This document shows, piece after piece, positions 46,558 to 50,575 of a DNA stretch of 50,575 bases (position 1 is the stretch's first letter; every line of letters starts with the position of its first letter). The DNA lies in the NCBI GenBank assembly GCA_016219515.1, contig JACRMU010000044.1, forward strand, positions 1 through 50,575, written 5' to 3'. The stretch comes from Deltaproteobacteria bacterium (GTDB taxonomy: Bacteria; Desulfobacterota; Deferrimicrobia; Deferrimicrobiales; Deferrimicrobiaceae). A program made the position numbers and the translations under genes. The notes under the pieces were generated by a model that was given only the letters and a program-made list of their open reading frames with translations, had not been told where the DNA came from and made no database searches.

Positions 46558-47729
46558 CGGGGAAGTACCAGATGGCGAATTACGCCCGGTCCCCCGTGGC
46601 GTTCGTGCGGGGCGAGGGGGCGAGGCTCTTCGATGCCGAGGGGCGGGAGTACCTCGATTTCCTGGGCGGCATCGCCGTGGCGCTCCTCGGACATACGCAT
46701 CCGGAGGTGACGCGCGCCATCACCGTGCAGGCGAGGAACTTGCTGCACGCCTCCAACCTGTTCCACGTGCCGGTCCAGTCCGAGGCGGCCAGGCTGATTT
46801 CGGAGGGCACCATCGGCGGGAAGGTGTTTCTCTGCAACAGCGGCACCGAAGCGAACGAGGCGGCGATCAAGCTGGCGCGGAAGTGGACGGCCGACCGGGG
46901 GAAGGAAGGGGCCCACGAGTTCATCGTGCTCGAAGGGTCCTTCCACGGCCGGACCTACGGCGGCCTCTCCGCCACGGGGCAGCCGAAGTTCCACAAGGGG
47001 TTCGAGCCGATGCTGCCGGGGTTCGTCACGATTCCGTTCGGAGACATCGCAGCCCTCGAGGACGCTCTCACGGAACGTACGTGCGCCTTTCTCTTCGAGC
47101 CCATCCAGGGGGAGAACGGCGTCCGGATGCACCCGCCCGACTACCTTCAGGAGGCGGAGCGGATCTGCAGGGAGAAAGGGGTTCTTTTCGTTGCGGACGA
47201 GATCCAGACGGGGCTCGGGCGGACCGGCGCCATGCTGGCCTGCGAACGGTTCGGAGTGGCGCCCGACATCGTCACCCTGGCCAAGGGGCTCGCCAACGGC
47301 CTTCCTCTGGGGGCCGTGGTGGCGCGGGACGAGGTGGCGGCCGCGTTCGGCCCCGGCTCGCACGGAAGCACCTTCGGAGGCAACCCCGTCTGCTGCGCGG
47401 CGGCGAAGGTCGTCCTGGAGACCTTGAGGTCGCCCGGGTTCCTCGCCGAGGTTTCCCGGAAGGGGGATCTCTTCAGGAACGGGCTCTCCGAGCTGGCCAC
47501 GCACCGGACGGACATACGGAGGGTCCGGGGGATGGGCCTGATGCTCGCGATCGAAATGGAGGTCGAGACGAAGGAGATCGCGCAGCGGTGCCTGCAGAAC
47601 GGGCTCGTCGTGAACGCCACATCGGGGAACGTGCTGCGCTTCCTTCCGCCGTTGACCGTCAACGACGGGGAGATCCGGCAGGCGCTGGTCCTGTTGCGGG
47701 CATCCCTCCCCGCGGGGGGACGGAAGTGA
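46530..47729 (+). CDS. argD: Acetylornithine aminotransferase
   Basis: YLDFLGGIAV, NSGTEANE, SFHGRT, EPIQGE, DEIQTG, LAKGL, HGSTFGGNP. Confidence 0.95.
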   Translation: MGTEEIIEMTGKYQMANYARSPVAFVRGEGARLFDAEGREYLDFLGGIAVALLGHTHPEVTRAITVQARNLLHASNLFHVPVQSEAARLISEGTIGGKVFLCNSGTEANEAAIKLARKWTADRGKEGAHEFIVLEGSFHGRTYGGLSATGQPKFHKGFEPMLPGFVTIPFGDIAALEDALTERTCAFLFEPIQGENGVRMHPPDYLQEAERICREKGVLFVADEIQTGLGRTGAMLACERFGVAPDIVTLAKGLANGLPLGAVVARDEVAAAFGPGSHGSTFGGNPVCCAAAKVVLETLRSPGFLAEVSRKGDLFRNGLSELATHRTDIRRVRGMGLMLAIEMEVETKEIAQRCLQNGLVVNATSGNVLRFLPPLTVNDGEIRQALVLLRASLPAGGRK

Positions 47730-48640
47730 AGAAGGACTTTCTCCGGATACTGGACCTCACCGGCCGGGAGCTCCTCGCGCTCCTTGCGGCCGGCCGGGAG
47801 TGGAAACGCAGGGGGGGGCGCCGGGGGGCGCCGCGCCCGCTGGCGGGAAAGACGCTGGCGATGATCTTCCAGAAGGCCTCCACGAGGACGAGGGTGTCGT
47901 TCGAAGTCGGCATGGCCCGGCTGGGAGGGCACGCCCTGTTCCTGTCTCCCGCCGACACCCAGATCTCCCGGGGAGAGCCGGTCCGCGACACGGCACGGGT
48001 GCTCTCCCGGTACGTGGACGCCATCATGATCCGGACGTTTCTCCAGGAGACGGTGGAGGAGATGGCCGCCCAGGCGGCCGTTCCCGTGATCAACGGACTG
48101 ACCGACCTCCATCACCCCTGCCAGGTCCTCGCGGACCTGATGACGGCGCAGGAGCGGGGGTTCGACCTCCGCGGGATGAAGGCGGCCTTCATCGGCGACG
48201 GCAACAACGTGGCGAATTCGTGGGTGGAGGCGGCCCATCTTCTCGGGTTCTCCCTGCGCCTGGCCTGCCCGAAGGGGTTCGAGCCGGACGCCGGGGTCCT
48301 GCGGGAGGCCTCCGCGGCGGGGAGAGGCGACGTGCGGGTCGTCCGCGACCCCGCCGAGGCGGCAAGGGACGCCCACGTCCTGTACACGGACGTATGGACC
48401 AGCATGGGACAGGAGAAGGAGCGGATACGGCGCCTCAAGGCGTTCCGCGGCTACCGCATCGACTCCGGCCTGCTGCGTGCCGCCCGGAAAGACGCGATCG
48501 TCATGCATTGCCTTCCCGCTCACCGCGGGGAGGAGATCACGGATGAGGTGATGGAAGGGCCGCAGTCGGCCGTGTTCGACGAAGCGGAGAACCGGATGCA
48601 CATCCAGATGGCCCTCCTGGCGAAACTCATCCCACACTAA
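47726..48640 (+). CDS. argF: Ornithine carbamoyltransferase
   Basis: STRTRVSF, HPCQ, GDGNNV, DVWTSMG, HCLPAHRG. Confidence 0.97.
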   Translation: MKKDFLRILDLTGRELLALLAAGREWKRRGGRRGAPRPLAGKTLAMIFQKASTRTRVSFEVGMARLGGHALFLSPADTQISRGEPVRDTARVLSRYVDAIMIRTFLQETVEEMAAQAAVPVINGLTDLHHPCQVLADLMTAQERGFDLRGMKAAFIGDGNNVANSWVEAAHLLGFSLRLACPKGFEPDAGVLREASAAGRGDVRVVRDPAEAARDAHVLYTDVWTSMGQEKERIRRLKAFRGYRIDSGLLRAARKDAIVMHCLPAHRGEEITDEVMEGPQSAVFDEAENRMHIQMALLAKLIPH

Positions 48641-48658
48641 CCGACGGAGGAAGCGGCA

Positions 48659-49867
48659 TTGGGAAAAGCGAAGAAGGTCGTTCTCGCGTATTCGGGCGGG
48701 CTGGACACCTCGGTCATCCTGCGCTGGCTGATCGAGAAGTACGAATGCGAAGTGATCGCTTTCGTGGCCGACCTGGGGCAGGGGGAAGAGCTTGCCCCCG
48801 TGCGCGCCAAGGCGAAGAAGACCGGCGCGTCGAAGGTGTACGTCGAGGACGTCAAGGACGAGTTCGTCCGCGATTTCATCTTCCCGGCGCTCATGGCGAA
48901 CGCCGTCTACGAGGGGTCGTACCTCCTGGGGACTTCCATCGCCCGCCCGCTGATCGCGAAGAAGCAGATCGAAGTGGTCCGGAGGGAGAAGGCCGATTCC
49001 GTCTCCCACGGAGCCACCGGCAAGGGGAACGACCAGGTGCGGTTCGAGCTCACCTACTACGCCCTCATGCCCGGCATCAACGTGATCGTGCCGTGGAGGG
49101 AGTGGGACCTCAACTCCCGCACGGACCTCGTGAACTACGCGAAGAAGCACGGCATCCCCACCCCGGTCACCGCGAAGAAGCCGTACTCCAGCGACCGCAA
49201 CCTGATGCACATCAGCTTCGAGGGAGGGATTCTTGAGGACCCGTGGGCCGAGCCGCCCGCGGACATGTTCGTCCTGACCCGCTCTCCCGAGAAGGCCCCC
49301 AACCGGCCCGTGTACGTGGAGGTGGATTTCGTGAAGGGGGTCCCGACCGCCGTCGACGGGAAGCGGATGGGACCGGCGAAGCTTCTGGCGCATCTCAATG
49401 CGCTGGGGGGAACGCACGGGATCGGACGGGTGGACCTGGTGGAAAACCGGTACGTCGGGATGAAATCCCACGGCGTGTACGAGACGCCGGGCGGGACGAT
49501 CCTCCACGTCGCCCACCGTGCGGTCGAGTCGGTCACGCTCGACCGGGAAGTGATGCACCTGAGGGATTCGCTGATCCCGAAGTTCGCGGAGCTCATCTAT
49601 TATGGATACTGGTATTCCCCGGAGATGGACCTGCTGAAGTCGATGGTCGGGCAGACGCAGGAAAACGTCACGGGAACGGCGCGGCTCAAGCTGTACAAGG
49701 GGAACTGCTCCGTCGTCGGGCGGAAGAGCCCGGTATCCCTCTATCGGACCGATTTCGCCACGTTCGAGAAGGAGACGGTCTTCAACCAGGCGGACGCGAC
49801 CGGCTTCATCAAGATCAACGCGCTGCGCCTCAAGATCCGCTCGATGCTGAAGAGCGGGAAAGGCTGA
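48659..49867 (+). CDS. argG: Argininosuccinate synthase
   Basis: [39 protein letters not shown]. Confidence 0.98.
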   Translation: MGKAKKVVLAYSGGLDTSVILRWLIEKYECEVIAFVADLGQGEELAPVRAKAKKTGASKVYVEDVKDEFVRDFIFPALMANAVYEGSYLLGTSIARPLIAKKQIEVVRREKADSVSHGATGKGNDQVRFELTYYALMPGINVIVPWREWDLNSRTDLVNYAKKHGIPTPVTAKKPYSSDRNLMHISFEGGILEDPWAEPPADMFVLTRSPEKAPNRPVYVEVDFVKGVPTAVDGKRMGPAKLLAHLNALGGTHGIGRVDLVENRYVGMKSHGVYETPGGTILHVAHRAVESVTLDREVMHLRDSLIPKFAELIYYGYWYSPEMDLLKSMVGQTQENVTGTARLKLYKGNCSVVGRKSPVSLYRTDFATFEKETVFNQADATGFIKINALRLKIRSMLKSGKG

Positions 49868-49874
49868 TCCGCAG

Positions 49875-50575
49875 ATGTCGAAGAAGAAGGCCTGGGCAGG
49901 ACGGTTCGACGCCGGCACCGACCGGTTCGTCGAGGAGTTCACCGCCTCGATCCCGTTCGACGTCCTTCTCTACCGCCAGGACATCGCGGGGAGCATCGCC
50001 CATGCGCGGATGCTGGGAAAGCAGAAGGTCATCCCGAGGGCGGAGGCGGACCGGATCGTCTCGGCGCTCGAGGCGATCCGGGAGGAGATCGAATCCGGGA
50101 AGCTGTCCTTCGACCTGTCGCAGGAAGACATCCACATGGCCGTGGAGCAGCGCCTCATCCGGAAGCTGGGGGCGTCGGGCGGGAAGCTCCACACCGGGAG
50201 GAGCCGGAACGACCAGGTCGCCCTGGACCTGCGGCTCTACCTGAGGGAGGAGATCGACGGGATCCTTGCGCTCTTCGCAAGGGTCAAGGAACGGATCCGG
50301 CTGCGCGCCGAGGAGTTCTTCGGGGTCGTGATGCCCGGCTACACGCACGTCCAGCGGGCCCAGCCGGTCCTCTTTTCCCACCACCTGCTGGCGTACCATG
50401 AGATGTTTTCCCGTGACGAGGAGCGGTTCCGGGACGCAAGACGGCGCGCGAACGTGTCTCCCCTGGGATCGGGCGCGCTGGCCGGGACGACCTTCCCCCT
50501 GGACCGGGAGTCCGTGGCGCAGGAGCTGGGGATGGACGGGGTGTGCGAGAACAGCATCGACGCGGTTTCGGACCG
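49875..50575 (+). CDS. argH: Argininosuccinate lyase (partial, runs off the window)
   Basis: Translated by hand from ATG 49875: [57 protein letters not shown]. Confidence 0.96.
   Translation, partial: MSKKKAWAGRFDAGTDRFVEEFTASIPFDVLLYRQDIAGSIAHARMLGKQKVIPRAEADRIVSALEAIREEIESGKLSFDLSQEDIHMAVEQRLIRKLGASGGKLHTGRSRNDQVALDLRLYLREEIDGILALFARVKERIRLRAEEFFGVVMPGYTHVQRAQPVLFSHHLLAYHEMFSRDEERFRDARRRANVSPLGSGALAGTTFPLDRESVAQELGMDGVCENSIDAVSD

Noticed and set aside
35768-49942. Very long antisense and alternate-frame ORFs (e.g. 35768-39337, 39033-41852, 47147-49942; also 23157-24746, 27030-29108)
   Set aside because: They shadow well-recognised genes, show no motifs, and are expected from stop-codon scarcity in high-GC DNA.
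1-50575. CRISPR array, rRNA, prophage or intact IS
   Set aside because: No regularly spaced repeats, rRNA-like sequence, phage genes or transposase ORFs were seen; the only tyrosine recombinase is in the housekeeping trmFO-xerC-hslVU context.

Overview
High-GC bacterial chromosome segment, most likely from a deltaproteobacterial/Desulfobacterota-related lineage (inferred from the aroE-pilB-pilT-pilC-pilS order, selA and a PEP-CTERM gene). The backbone is mostly housekeeping: hemCDB, polA, cysK, ubiE/menG, a CCA-type nucleotidyltransferase, tRNA-Thr(CGT), rng, a B12-binding radical SAM fusion, GntR-selA, aroE, type IV pilus genes, trmFO, xerC, hslVU and argBDFGH (argH runs off the window). The most interesting items are: (1) a coupled three-gene signalling module made of a P-loop ATPase fused to an RsbW-type kinase, a STAS protein and an HD-GYP protein; (2) an ECF sigma/anti-sigma locus with a shared TGAAT-N17/18-CGTC motif upstream of itself and of two secreted Trp/Tyr/Gly/Pro-rich proteins; (3) an unannotated small ORF with an in-frame TGA followed by a SECIS-like hairpin; (4) an inverted, palindromic copy of part of tRNA-Thr about 220 bp downstream of the tRNA; (5) a phosphotransferase, APS-kinase-like kinase and nucleotidyltransferase cluster; (6) two families of long palindromic MITE/REP-like repeats. 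Six local lesions (hemB, FAD oxidase, a head-to-head gene junction, a 51-bp duplication, pilC, xerC) look like metagenome assembly errors rather than biology. No CRISPR array, rRNA or transposase was seen. All family assignments come from motif recognition by eye, with no database search.
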